A stretch of DNA of 64,000 bases from the human T2T-CHM13v2.0 reference genome, Homo sapiens, in NCBI RefSeq assembly GCF_009914755.1, contig NC_060927.1. One strand, 5' to 3'. Below, in pieces: positions 13,126-30,400 of the stretch. The first letter of the stretch is position 1. Each line of letters starts with the position of its first letter. A program made the position numbers and the translations under genes. Under the pieces are notes generated by a model. The model made no database searches. It was given only the letters and a program-made list of their open reading frames with translations, and was not told the origin of the DNA.

Positions 13126-16100
13126 ATAAAATACGAAAGTACAACAAATATAGATTATATACTGTACATAAAATATCAAAGTACCCAATATATATTATAT
13201 ACTGTACATGAAATATCAAAGTTCACAAACTATATATTATGTACTGTACATAAAATATCAAAGTACCGAAGGTATATATTCTATACTGTACAAAAAATAT
13301 CAAAGTACCCAAAGCATGTATTATATAATGTACATAAAATATGAAAGTACATCAAATATATATTTTATTCTGTACATAAAATATCAAAGTACACCAGATA
13401 TATATTCTATAGCGTACATAAAATATCAAAGTACACAAACTATACATTATATACTGTACATAAAATATGAAATTACATCAAATATATATTATATTAGGTA
13501 AATGAAATATGAAAGTACATCAAATATAGATTATATACTGTACATAAAATATGAAAGTACCCCAAATATATATTATATACTCTACATGAAATATCAAAGT
13601 TCACAAACTATATATTATATACTGTACATAAAATATCAAAGTACCCAAGGTATATATTCTATACTGTACAAAAAATATCAAAGTATCCAAAGCATGTATT
13701 ATATACTGTATATAAAATATGAAAGTACATCAAATATATATTTTATTCTGTACATAAAATATCAAAGTACACCAGATATATATTCTATAGCGTACATAAA
13801 ATATCAAAGTACACAAACTATACATTATATACTGTACATAAAATATGAAATTACATCAAATATATATTATATTAGGTACATAAAATATGAAAGTACATCA
13901 AATATAGATTATATACTGTACATATAATATCAATGTACCCCAAATATATATTTTATACTCTACATGAAATATCAAAGTTCACAAACCATATATTATATAC
14001 TGTACATAAAATATCAAAGTACCCAAGGTATATATTCTATACTGTACAAAAAATATCAAAGTACCCAAAGCATGTATTATATACTGTACATAAAATATGA
14101 AAGTACATCAAATATATATTTTATTCTGTACATAAAATATCAAAGTACACCAGATATATATTCTATAGTGTACATAAAATATCAAAGTACCCAAACTATA
14201 CATTATATACTGTACATAAAATATGAAATTACATCAAATATATATTATATTAGGTAAATGAAATATGAAAGTACATCAAATATAGATTATATACTGTACA
14301 TAAAATATGAAAGTACCCCAAATATATATTATATACTCTACATGAAATATCAAAGTTCACAAACTATATATTATATACTGTACATAAAATATCAAAGTAC
14401 CCAAGGTATATATTCTATACTGTACAAAAAATATCAAAGTATCCAAAGCATGTATTATATACTGTATATAAAATATGAAAGTACATCAAATATATATTTT
14501 ATTCTGTACATAAAATATCAAAGTACACCAGATATATATTCTATAGTGTACATAAAATATCAAAGTACCCAAACTATACATTATATACTGTACATAAAAT
14601 ATGAAATTACAGCAAATATATATTATATTAGGTACATAAAATATGAAAGTACATCAAATATAGATTATATACTCTACATTAAATACCAAAGTACCCCAAA
14701 TATATATTTTATAATGTACATGAAATATCAAAGTTCACAAACTATATATTATATACTGTACATAAAATATCAATGTACCCAAGGTATATATTCTATACTG
14801 CACAAAAAATATCAAAGTACCCAAAGCATGTATTATATACTGTATATAAAATATGAAAGTACATCAAATATATATTTTATTCTGTACATAAAATATCAAA
14901 GTACACCAGATATATATTCTATAGTGTACATAAAATATCAAAGTACCCAAACTATACATTATATACTGTACATAAAATATGAAATTACATCAAATATATA
15001 TTATATTAGGTACATAAAATACGAAAGTACATCAAATATAGATTATATACTGTACATAAAATATGAAAGTACCCCAATATATATTATATACTCTACATGA
15101 AATATCAAAGTTCACAAACTATATATTATGTACTGTACATAAAATATCAAACTACCCAAGGTATATATTCTATACTGTACAAAAAATATCAAAGTACCCA
15201 AAGCATGTATTATATAATGTACATAAAATATGAAAGTACATCAAATATATATTTTATTCTGTACATAAAATATCAAAGAACACCAGATATATATTCTATA
15301 GTGTACATAAAATATCAAAGTACCCAAACTATACATTATATACTGTACATAAAATATGAAATTACAGCAAATATATATTATATTAGGTACATAAAATATG
15401 AAAGTACATCAAATATAGATTATATACTGTACATTAAATACCAAAGTACCCCAAATATATATTTTATACTGTACATGAAATATCAAAGTTCACAAACTAT
15501 ATATTATATACTGTACATAAAATATCAATGTACCCAAGGTATATATTCTATACTGCACAAAAAATATCAAAGTACCCAAAGCATGTATTATATACTGTAT
15601 ATAAAATATGAAAGTACATCAAATATATATTTTATTCTATCAAATATAGATTATATACTGTACATTAAGTACCAAAGTACACCAAATATATATTTTATTC
15701 TGTACATAAAATATCAAAGTACACCAGATATATATTCTATAGTGTACATAAAATATCAAAGTACCCAAACTATACATTATATACTGTACATAAAATATGA
15801 AATTACATCAAATATATATTATATTAGGTAAATGAAATATGAAAGTACATCAAATATAGATTATATACTGTACATGAAATATGAAAGTACCCCAAATATA
15901 TATTATATACTCTACATGAAATATCAAAGTTCACAAACTATATATTATATACTGTACATAAAATATCAAAGTACCCAAGGTATATATTCTATACTGTACA
16001 AAAAATATCAAAGTATCCAAAGCATGTATTATATACTGTATATAAAATATGAAAGTACATCAAATATATATTTTATTCTGTACATAAAATATCAAAGTAC

Positions 16101-18200
16101 ACCAGATATATATTCTATAGTGTACATAAAATATCAAAGTACCCAAACTATACATTATATACTGTACATAAAATATGAAATTACAGCAAATATATATTAT
16201 ATTAGGTACATAAAATATGAAAGTACATCAAATATAGATTATATACTCTACATTAAATACCAAAGTACCCCAAATATATATTTTATTCTGTACATGAAAT
16301 ATCAAAGTTCACAAACTATATATTATATACTGTACATAAAATATCAATGTACCCAAGGTATATATTCTATACTGCACAAAAAATATCAAAGTACCCAAAG
16401 CATGTATTATATACTGTATATAAAATATGAAAGTACATCAAATATATATTTTATTCTGTACATAAAATATCAAAGTACACCAGATATATATTCTATAGTG
16501 TACATAAAATATCAAAGTACCCAAACTATACATTATATACTGTACATAAAATATGAAATTACATCAAATATATATTATATTAGGTACATAAAATACGAAA
16601 GTACATCAAATATAGATTATATACTGTACATAAAATATGAAAGTACCCCAATATATATTATATACTCTACATGAAATATCAAAGTTCACAAACTATATAT
16701 TATGTACTGTACATAAAATATCAAACTACCCAAGGTATATATTCTATACTGTACAAAAAATATCAAAGTACCCAAAGCATGTATTATATAATGTACATAA
16801 AATATGAAAGTACATCAAATATATATTTTATTCTGTACATAAAATATCAAAGAACACCAGATATATATTCTATAGTGTACATAAAATATCAAAGTACCCA
16901 AACTATACATTATATACTGTACATAAAATATGAAATTACAGCAAATATATATTATATTAGGTACATAAAATATGAAAGTACATCAAATATAGATTATATA
17001 CTGTAAATATAATATCAATGTACCCCAAATATATATTTTATACTCTACATGAAATATCAAAGTTCACAAACCATATATTATATACTGTACATAAAATATC
17101 AAAGTACCCAAGGTATATATTCTATACTGTACAAAAAATATCAAAGTACCCAAAGCATGTATTATATACTGTACATAAAATATGAAAGTACATCAAATAT
17201 ATATTTTATTCTGTACATAAAATATCAAAGTACACCAGATATATATTCTATAGTGTACATAAAATATCAAAGTACCCAAACTATACATTATATACTGTAC
17301 ATAAAATATGAAATTACATCAAATATATATTATATTAGGTAAATGAAATATGAAAGTACATCAAATATAGATTATATACTGTACATAAAATATGAAAGTA
17401 CCCCAAATATATATTATATACTCTACATGAAATATCAAAGTTCACAAACTATATATTATATACTGTCCATAAAATATCAAAGTACCCAAGGTATATATTT
17501 TATACTGTACAAAAAATATCAAAGTACCCAAAGCATGTATTATATACTGTACATAAAATATGAAAGTACATCAAATATATATTTTATTCTGTACATAAAA
17601 TATCAAAGTACACCAGATATATATACTATAGTGTACATAAAATATCAAAGTACCCAAACTATACATTATACACTGCACATAAAATATGAAATTACATCAA
17701 ATATATATTAGGTACATAAAATATGAAAGTACATCAAATATAGATTATATACTGTAAATATAATATCAATATACCCCAAATATATATTTTATACTCTACA
17801 TGAAATATCAAAGTTCACAAACCATATATTATATACTGTACATAAAATATCAAAGTACCCAAGGTATATATTCTATACTGTACAAAAAATATCAAAGTAC
17901 CCAAAGCATGTATTATATACTGTACATAAAATATGAAAGTACATCAAATATATATTTTATTCTGTACATAAAATATCAAAGCACACCAGATATATATTCT
18001 ATAGTGTACATAAAATATCAAAGTACCCAAACTATACATTATATACTGTACATAAAATATGAAATTACATCAAATATATATTATATTAGGTAAATGAAAT
18101 ATGAAAGTACATCAAATATAGATTATATACTGTACATAAAATATGAAAGTACCCCAAATATATATTATATACTCTACATGAAATATCAAAGTTCGCAAAC
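11650..18200 (+). repeat. Approx. 6.5-kb block, copy A (copy B lies at +8191)
   Basis: Consecutive ORF starts from 11698 to 18094 all recur exactly 8191 bp downstream. Private markers gcacacc (17981/26172) and a 142-bp deletion junction (~15639/~23830). Confidence 0.88.
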
Positions 18201-19839
18201 TATATATTATATACTGTCCATAAAATATCAAAGTACCCCAGGTATATATTTTATACTGTACAAAAAATATCAAAGTACCCAAAGCATGTATTATATACTA
18301 TACCTAAAATATGAAAGTACATCAAATATATATTTTATTCTGTACATAAAATATCAAAGTACACCAGATATATATACTATAGTGTACATAAAATATCAAA
18401 GTACCCAAACTATACATTATACACTGCACATAAAATATGAAATTACATCAAATATATATTAGGTACATAAAATATGAAAGTACATCAAATATAGATTATA
18501 TACTGTAAATATAATATCAATGTACCCCAAATATATATTTTATACTCTACATGAAATATCAAAGTTCACAAACCATATATTATATACTGTACATAAAATA
18601 TCAAAGTACCCAAGGTATATATTCTATACTGTACAAAAAATATCAAAGTACCCAAAGCATGTATTATATACTGTACATAAAATATGAAAGTACATCAAAT
18701 ATATATTTTATTCTGTACATAAAATATCAAAGTACACCAGATATATATTCTATAGTGTACATAAAATAACAAAGTACACAAACTATAAATTATATCCTGT
18801 ACATAAAATATGAAATTACATCAAATATATATTAGGTACATAAAATATGAAAGTACATCAAATATAGATTATATACTGTACATTAAGTGCCAAAGTACAC
18901 CAAATATATATTTTATTCTGTACATAAAATATCAAAGTACACCAGATATATATTCTATAGTGTACATAAAATATCAAAGTACCCAAACTATACATTATAT
19001 ACTGTACATAAAATATGAAATTACAGCAAATATATATTATATTAGGTACATAAAATATGAAAGTACATCAAATATAGATTATATACTCTACATTAAATAC
19101 CAAAGTACCCCAAATATATATTTTATACTGTACATGAAATATCAAAGTTCACAAACTATATATTATATACTGTACATAAAATATCAATGTACCCAAGGTA
19201 TATATTCTATACTGCACAAAAAATATCAAAGTACCCAAAGCATGTATTATATACTGTATATAAAATATGAAAGTACATCAAATATATATTTTATTCTGTA
19301 CATAAAATATCAAAGTACACCAGATATATATTCTATAGTGTACATAAAATATCAAAGTACCCAAACTATACATTATATACTGTACATAAAATATGAAATT
19401 ACATCAAATATATATTATATTAGGTACATAAAATACGAAAGTACATCAAATATAGATTATATACTGTACATAAAATATGAAAGTACCCCAATATATATTA
19501 TATACTCTACATGAAATATCAAAGTTCACAAACTATATATTATGTACTGTACATAAAATATCAAACTACCCAAGGTATATATTCTATACTGTACAAAAAA
19601 TATCAAAGTACCCAAAGCATGTATTATATAATGTACATAAAATATGAAAGTACATCAAATATATATTTTATTCTGTACATAAAATATCAAAGAACACCAG
19701 ATATATATTCTATAGTGTACATAAAATATCAAAGTACCCAAACTATACATTATATACTGTACATAAAATATGAAATTACCTCAAATATATATTATATTAG
19801 GTACATAAAATATGAAAGTACATCAAATATAGATTATAT

Positions 19840-22800
19840 ACTGTAAATATAATATCAATGTACCCCAAATATATATTTTATACTCTACATGAAATATCAA
19901 AGTTCACAAACCATATATTATATACTGTACATAAAATATCAAAGTACCCAAGGTATATATTCTATACTGTACAAAAAATATCAAAGTACCCAAAGCATGT
20001 ATTATATACTGTACATAAAATATGAAAGTACATCAAATATATATTTTATTCTGTACATAAAATATCAAAGTACACCAGATATATATTCTATAGTGTACAT
20101 AAAATATCAAAGTACCCAAACTATACATTATATACTGTACATAAAATATGAAATTACATCAAATATATATTATATTAGGTACATGAAATTTGAAAGTACA
20201 TCAAATATAGATTATATACTGTACATAAAATATGAAAGTACCCCAAATATATATTATATACTCTACATGAAATATCAAAGTTCACAAACTATATATTATA
20301 TACTGTACATAAAATATCAAAGTACCCAAGGTATATATTCTATACTGTACAAAAAATATCAAAGTATCCAAAGCATGTATTATATACTGTATATAAAATA
20401 TGAAAGTACATCAAATATATATTTTATTCTGTACATAAAATATCAAAATACACCAGATATATATTCTATAGTGTACATAAAATATCAAAGTACCCAAACT
20501 ATACATTATATACTGTACATAAAATATGAAATTACAGCAAATATATATTATATTAGGTACATAAAATATGAAAGTACATCAAATATAGATTATATACTCT
20601 ACATTAAATACCAAAGTACCCCAAATATATATTTTATACTGTACATGAAATATCAAAGTTCACAAACTATATATTATATACTGTACATAAAATATCAATG
20701 TACCCAAGGTATATATTCTATACTGCACAAAAAATATCAAAGTACCCAAAGCATGTATTATATACTGTATATAAAATATGAAAGTACATCAAATATATAT
20801 TTTATTCTGTACATAAAATATCAAAGTACACCAGATATATATTCTATAGTGTACATAAAATATCAAAGTACCCAAACTATACATTATATACTGTACATAA
20901 AATATGAAATTACATCAAATATATATTATATTAGGTACATAAAATACGAAAGTACATCAAATATAGATTATATACTGTAAATATAATATCAATGTACCCC
21001 AAATATATATTTTATACTCTACATGAAATATCAAAGTTCACAAACCATATATTATATACTGTACATAAAATATCAAAGTACCCAAGGTATATATTCTATA
21101 CTGTACAAAAAATATCAAAGTACCCAAAGCATGTATTATATACTATACCTAAAATATGAAAGTACATCAAATATATATTTTATTCTGTACATAAAATATC
21201 AAAGTACACCAGATATATATTCTACAGTGTACATAAAATATCAAAGTACCCAAACTATACATTATATACTGTACATAAAATATGAAATTACATCAAATAT
21301 ATATTATATTAGGTACATAAAATACGAAAGTACATCAAATATAGATTATATACTGTACATAAAATATCAAAGTACCCAATATATATTATATACTGTACAT
21401 GAAATATCAAAGTTCACAAACTATATATTATGTACTGTACATAAAATATCAAAGTACCGAAGGTATATATTCTATACTGTACAAAAAATATCAAAGTACC
21501 CAAAGCATGTATTATATAATGTACATAAAATATGAAAGTACATCAAATATATATTTTATTCTGTACATAAAATATCAAAGTACACCAGATATATATTCTA
21601 TAGCGTACATAAAATATCAAAGTACACAAACTATACATTATATACTGTACATAAAATATGAAATTACATCAAATATATATTATATTAGGTAAATGAAATA
21701 TGAAAGTACATCAAATATAGATTATATACTGTACATAAAATATGAAAGTACCCCAAATATATATTATATACTCTACATGAAATATCAAAGTTCACAAACT
21801 ATATATTATATACTGTACATAAAATATCAAAGTACCCAAGGTATATATTCTATACTGTACAAAAAATATCAAAGTATCCAAAGCATGTATTATATACTGT
21901 ATATAAAATATGAAAGTACATCAAATATATATTTTATTCTGTACATAAAATATCAAAGTACACCAGATATATATTCTATAGCGTACATAAAATATCAAAG
22001 TACACAAACTATACATTATATACTGTACATAAAATATGAAATTACATCAAATATATATTATATTAGGTACATAAAATATGAAAGTACATCAAATATAGAT
22101 TATATACTGTACATATAATATCAATGTACCCCAAATATATATTTTATACTCTACATGAAATATCAAAGTTCACAAACCATATATTATATACTGTACATAA
22201 AATATCAAAGTACCCAAGGTATATATTCTATACTGTACAAAAAATATCAAAGTACCCAAAGCATGTATTATATACTGTACATAAAATATGAAAGTACATC
22301 AAATATATATTTTATTCTGTACATAAAATATCAAAGTACACCAGATATATATTCTATAGTGTACATAAAATATCAAAGTACCCAAACTATACATTATATA
22401 CTGTACATAAAATATGAAATTACATCAAATATATATTATATTAGGTAAATGAAATATGAAAGTACATCAAATATAGATTATATACTGTACATAAAATATG
22501 AAAGTACCCCAAATATATATTATATACTCTACATGAAATATCAAAGTTCACAAACTATATATTATATACTGTACATAAAATATCAAAGTACCCAAGGTAT
22601 ATATTCTATACTGTACAAAAAATATCAAAGTATCCAAAGCATGTATTATATACTGTATATAAAATATGAAAGTACATCAAATATATATTTTATTCTGTTC
22701 ATAAAATATCAAAGTACACCAGATATATATTCTATAGTGTACATAAAATATCAAAGTACCCAAACTATACATTATATACTGTACATAAAATATGAAATTA

Positions 22801-25800
22801 CAGCAAATATATATTATATTAGGTACATAAAATATGAAAGTACATCAAATATAGATTATATACTCTACATTAAATACCAAAGTACCCCAAATATATATTT
22901 TATACTGTACATGAAATATCAAAGTTCACAAACTATATATTATATACTGTACATAAAATATCAATGTACCCAAGGTATATATTCTATACTGCACAAAAAA
23001 TATCAAAGTACCCAAAGCATGTATTATATACTGTATATAAAATATGAAAGTACATCAAATATATATTTTATTCTGTACATAAAATATCAAAGTACACCAG
23101 ATATATATTCTATAGTGTACATAAAATATCAAAGTACCCAAACTATACATTATATACTGTACATAAAATATGAAATTACATCAAATATATATTATATTAG
23201 GTACATAAAATACGAAAGTACATCAAATATAGATTATATACTGTACATAAAATATGAAAGTACCCCAATATATATTATATACTCTACATGAAATATCAAA
23301 GTTCACAAACTATATATTATGTACTGTACATAAAATATCAAACTACCCAAGGTATATATTCTATACTGTACAAAAAATATCAAAGTACCCAAAGCATGTA
23401 TTATATAATGTACATAAAATATGAAAGTACATCAAATATATATTTTATTCTGTACATAAAATATCAAAGAACACCAGATATATATTCTATAGTGTACATA
23501 AAATATCAAAGTACCCAAACTATACATTATATACTGTACATAAAATATGAAATTACAACAAATATATATTATATTAGGTACATAAAATATGAAAGTACAT
23601 CAAATATAGATTATATACTGTACATTAAATACCAAAGTACCCCAAATATATATTTTATACTGTACATGAAATATCAAAGTTCACAAACTATATATTATAT
23701 ACTGTACATAAAATATCAATGTACCCAAGGTATATATTCTATACTGCACAAAAAATATCAAAGTACCCAAAGCATGTATTATATACTGTATATAAAATAT
23801 GAAAGTACATCAAATATATATTTTATTCTATCAAATATAGATTATATACTGTACATTAAGTACCAAAGTACACCAAATATATATTTTATTCTGTACATAA
23901 AATATCAAAGTACACCAGATATATATTCTATAGTGTACATAAAATATCAAAGTACCCAAACTATACATTATATACTGTACATAAAATATGAAATTACATC
24001 AAATATATATTATATTAGGTAAATGAAATATGAAAGTACATCAAATATAGATTATATACTGTACATGAAATATGAAAGTACCCCAAATATATATTATATA
24101 CTCTACATGAAATATCAAAGTTCACAAACTATATATTATATACTGTACATAAAATATCAAAGTACCCAAGGTATATATTCTATACTGTACAAAAAATATC
24201 AAAGTATCCAAAGCATGTATTATATACTGTATATAAAATATGAAAGTACATCAAATATATATTTTATTCTGTACATAAAATATCAAAGTACACCAGATAT
24301 ATATTCTATAGTGTACATAAAATATCAAAGTACCCAAACTATACATTATATACTGTACATAAAATATGAAATTACAGCAAATATATATTATATTAGGTAC
24401 ATAAAATATGAAAGTACATCAAATATAGATTATATACTCTACATTAAATACCAAAGTACCCCAAATATATATTTTATTCTGTACATGAAATATCAAAGTT
24501 CACAAACTATATATTATATACTGTACATAAAATATCAATGTACCCAAGGTATATATTCTATACTGCACAAAAAATATCAAAGTACCCAAAGCATGTATTA
24601 TATACTGTATATAAAATATGAAAGTACATCAAATATATATTTTATTCTGTACATAAAATATCAAAGTACACCAGATATATATTCTATAGTGTACATAAAA
24701 TATCAAAGTACCCAAACTATACATTATATACTGTACATAAAATATGAAATTACATCAAATATATATTATATTAGGTACATAAAATACGAAAGTACATCAA
24801 ATATAGATTATATACTGTACATAAAATATGAAAGTACCCCAATATATATTATATACTCTACATGAAATATCAAAGTTCACAAACTATATATTATGTACTG
24901 TACATAAAATATCAAACTACCCAAGGTATATATTCTATACTGTACAAAAAATATCAAAGTACCCAAAGCATGTATTATATAATGTACATAAAATATGAAA
25001 GTACATCAAATATATATTTTATTCTGTACATAAAATATCAAAGAACACCAGATATATATTCTATAGTGTACATAAAATATCAAAGTACCCAAACTATACA
25101 TTATATACTGTACATAAAATATGAAATTACAGCAAATATATATTATATTAGGTACATAAAATATGAAAGTACATCAAATATAGATTATATACTGTAAATA
25201 TAATATCAATGTACCCCAAATATATATTTTATACTCTACATGAAATATCAAAGTTCACAAACCATATATTATATACTGTACATAAAATATCAAAGTACCC
25301 AAGGTATATATTCTATACTGTACAAAAAATATCAAAGTACCCAAAGCATGTATTATATACTGTACATAAAATATGAAAGTACATCAAATATATATTTTAT
25401 TCTGTACATAAAATATCAAAGTACACCAGATATATATTCTATAGTGTACATAAAATATCAAAGTACCCAAACTATACATTATATACTGTACATAAAATAT
25501 GAAATTACATCAAATATATATTATATTAGGTAAATGAAATATGAAAGTACATCAAATATAGATTATATACTGTACATAAAATATGAAAGTACCCCAAATA
25601 TATATTATATACTCTACATGAAATATCAAAGTTCACAAACTATATATTATATACTGTCCATAAAATATCAAAGTACCCAAGGTATATATTTTATACTGTA
25701 CAAAAAATATCAAAGTACCCAAAGCATGTATTATATACTGTACATAAAATATGAAAGTACATCAAATATATATTTTATTCTGTACATAAAATATCAAAGT

Positions 25801-26400
25801 ACACCAGATATATATACTATAGTGTACATAAAATATCAAAGTACCCAAACTATACATTATACACTGCACATAAAATATGAAATTACATCAAATATATATT
25901 AGGTACATAAAATATGAAAGTACATCAAATATAGATTATATACTGTAAATATAATATCAATGTACCCCAAATATATATTTTATACTCTACATGAAATATC
26001 AAAGTTCACAAACCATATATTATATACTGTACATAAAATATCAAAGTACCCAAGGTATATATTCTATACTGTACAAAAAATATCAAAGTACCCAAAGCAT
26101 GTATTATATACTGTACATAAAATATGAAAGTACATCAAATATATATTTTATTCTGTACATAAAATATCAAAGCACACCAGATATATATTCTATAGTGTAC
26201 ATAAAATATCAAAGTACCCAAACTATACATTATATACTGTACATAAAATATGAAATTACATCAAATATATATTATATTAGGTAAATGAAATATGAAAGTA
26301 CATCAAATATAGATTATATACTGTACATAAAATATGAAAGTACCCCAAATATATATTATATACTCTACATGAAATATCAAAGTTCACAAACTATATATTA
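19840..26400 (+). repeat. Approx. 6.5-kb block, copy B
   Basis: ORF starts 19889, 21023, 21399, 21693, 22155, 22449, 23288, 24023, 24862, 25240, 25534 and 25991 equal the copy A starts +8191. Confidence 0.88.
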
Positions 26401-27449
26401 TATACTGTACATAAAATATCAAAGTACCCAAGGTATATATTCTATACTGTACAAAAAATATCAAAGTATCCAAAGCATGTATTATATACTGTATATAAAA
26501 TATGAAAGTACATCAAATATATATTTTATTCTGTACATAAAATATCAAAGTACACCAGATATATATTCTATAGCGTACATAAAATATCAAAGTACACAAA
26601 CTGTACATTATATACTGTACATAAAATATGAAATTACATCAAATATATATTATATTAGGTACATAAAATATGAAAGTACATCAAATATAGATTATATACT
26701 GTAAATATAATATCAATGTACCCCAAATATATATTTTATACTCTACATGAAATATCAAAGTTCACAAACCATATATTATATACTGTACATAAAATATCAA
26801 AGTACCCAAGGTATATATTCTAAACTGTACAAAAAATATCAAAGTACCCAAAGCATGTATTATATACTGTACATAAAATATGAAAGTACATCAAATATAT
26901 ATTTTATTCTGTACATAAAATATCAAAGTACACCAGATATATATTCTATAGTGTACATAAAATATCAAAGTACCCAAACTATACATTATATACTGTACAT
27001 AAAATATGAAATTACATCAAATATATATTATATTAGGTAAATGAAATATGAAAGTACATCAAATATAGATTATATACTGTACATAAAATATGAAAGTACC
27101 CCAAATATATATTATATACTCTACATGAAATATCAAAGTTCACAAACTATATATTATATACTGTACATAAAATATCAAAGTACCCAAGGTATATATTCTA
27201 TACTGTACAAAAAATATCAAAGTATCCAAAGCATGTATTATATACTGTATATAAAATATGAAAGTACATCAAATATATATTTTATTCTGTACATAAAATA
27301 TCAAAGTACACCAGATATATATTCTATAGTGTACATAAAATATCAAAGTACCCAAACTATACATTATATACTGTACATAAAATATGAAATTACAGCAAAT
27401 ATATATTATATTAGGTACATAAAATATGAAAGTACATCAAATATAGATT

Positions 27450-30400
27450 ATATACTCTACATTAAATACCAAAGTACCCCAAATATATATTTTATACTGT
27501 ACATGAAATATCAAAGTTCACAAACTATATATTATATACTGTACATAAAATATCAATGTACCCAAGGTATATATTCTATACTGCACAAAAAATATCAAAG
27601 TACCCAAAGCATGTATTATATACTGTATATAAAATATGAAAGTACATCAAATATATATTTTATTCTGTACATAAAATATCAAAGTACACCAGATATATAT
27701 TCTATAGTGTACATAAAATATCAAAGTACCCAAACTATACATTATATACTGTACATAAAATATGAAATTACATCAAATATATATTATATTAGGTACATAA
27801 AATACGAAAGTACATCAAATATAGATTATATACTGTAAATATAATATCAATGTACCCCAAATATATATTTTATACTCTACATGAAATATCAAAGTTCACA
27901 AACCATATATTATATACTGTACATAAAATATCAAAGTACCCAAGGTATATATTCTATACTGTACAAAAAATATCAAAGTACCCAAAGCATGTATTATATA
28001 CTATACCTAAAATATGAAAGTACATCAAATATATATTTTATTCTGTACATAAAATATCAAAGTACACCAGATATATATTCTACAGTGTACATAAAATATC
28101 AAAGTACCCAAACTATACATTATATACTGTACATAAAATATGAAATTACATCAAATATATATTATATTAGGTACATAAAATACGAAAGTACATCAAATAT
28201 AGATTATATACTGTACATAAAATATCAAAGTACCCCAATATATATTATATACTGTACATGAAATATCAAAGTTCACAAACTATATATTATGTACTGTACA
28301 TAAAATATCAAAGTACCGAAGGTATATATTCTATACTGTACAAAAAATATCAAAGTACCCAAAGCATGTATTATATAATGTACATAAAATATGAAAGTAC
28401 ATCAAATATATATTTTATTCTGTACATAAAATATCAAAGTACACCAGATATATATTCTATAGCGTACATAAAATATCAAAGTACACAAACTATACATTAT
28501 ATACTGTACATAAAATATGAAATTACATCAAATATATATTATATTAGGTAAATGAAATATGAAAGTACATCAAATATAGATTATATACTGTACATAAAAT
28601 ATGAAAGTACCCCAAATATATATTATATACTCTACATGAAATATCAAAGTTCACAAACTATATATTATATACTGTACATAAAATATCAAAGTACCCAAGG
28701 TATATATTCTATACTGTACAAAAAATATCAAAGTATCCAAAGCATGTATTATATACTGTGTATAAAATATGAAAGTACATCAAATATATATTTTATTCTG
28801 TACATAAAATATCAAAGTACACCAGATATATATTCTATAGCGTACATAAAATATCAAAGAACACAAACTATACATTATATACTGTACATGAAATATGAAA
28901 TTACATCAAATATATATTATATTAGGTACATAAAATATGAAAGTACATCAAATATAGATTATATACTGTACATATAATATCAATGTACCCCAAATATATA
29001 TTTTATACTCTACATGAAATATCAAAGTTCACAAACCATATATTATATACTGTACATAAAATATCAAAGTATCCAAGGTATATATTCTATACTGTACAAA
29101 AAATATCAAAGTACCCAAAGCATGTATTATATACTGTACATAAAATATGAAAGTACATCAAATATATATTTTATTCTGTACATAAAGTATCAAAGTACAC
29201 CAGATATATATTCTATAGTGTACATAAAATATCAAAGTACCCAAACTATACATTATATACTGTACATAAAATATGAAATTACATCAAATATATATTATAT
29301 TAGGTAAATGAAATATGAAAGTACATCAAATATAGATTATATACTGTACATAAAATATGAAAGTACCCCAAATATATATTATATACTCTACATGAAATAT
29401 CAAAGTTCACAAACTATATATTATATACTGTACATAAAATATCAAAGTACCCAAGGTATATATTCTATACTGTACAAAAAATATCAAAGTATCCAAAGCA
29501 TGTATTATATAGTGTATATAAAATATGAAAGTACATCAAATATATATTTTATTCTGTACATAAAATATCAAAGTACACCAGATATATATTCTATAGTGTA
29601 CATAAAATATCAAAGTACCCAAACTATACATTATATACTGTACATAAAATATGAAATTACAGCAAATATATATTATATTAGGTACATAAAATATGAAAGT
29701 ACATCAAATATAGATTATATACTCTACATTAAATACCAAAGTACCCCAAATATATATTTTATACTGTACATGAAATATCAAAGTTCACAAACTATATATT
29801 ATATACTGTACATAAAATATCAATGTACCCAAGGTATATATTCTATACTGCACAAAAAATATCAAAGTACCCAAAGCATGTATTATATACTGTATATAAA
29901 ATATGAAAGTACATCAAATATATATTTTATTCTGTACATAAAATATCAAAGTACACCAGATATATATTCTATAGTGTACATAAAATATCAAAGTACCCAA
30001 ACTATACATTATATACTGTACATAAAATATGAAATTACATCAAATATATATTATATTAGGTACATAAAATACGAAAGTACATCAAATATAGATTATATAC
30101 TGTACATAAAATATGAAAGTACCCCAATATATATTATATACTCTACATGAAATATCAAAGTTCACAAACTATATATTATGTACTGTACATAAAATATCAA
30201 ACTACCCAAGGTATATATTCTATACTGTACAAAAAATATCAAAGTACCCAAAGCATGTATTATATAATGTACATAAAATATGAAAGTACATCAAATATAT
30301 ATTTTATTCTGTACATAAAATATCAAAGAACACCAGATATATATTCTATAGTGTACATAAAATATCAAAGTACCCAAACTATACATTATATACTGTACAT

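Noticed and set aside
11698-26284. 8191-bp offset equals 2^13-1, suggesting a computational artefact
   Set aside because: The copies differ at several bases (e.g. ~13144, ~14714, ~22699, ~23558), the match covers only ~6.5 kb, and the offset falls in HOR register. The number is most likely coincidence.
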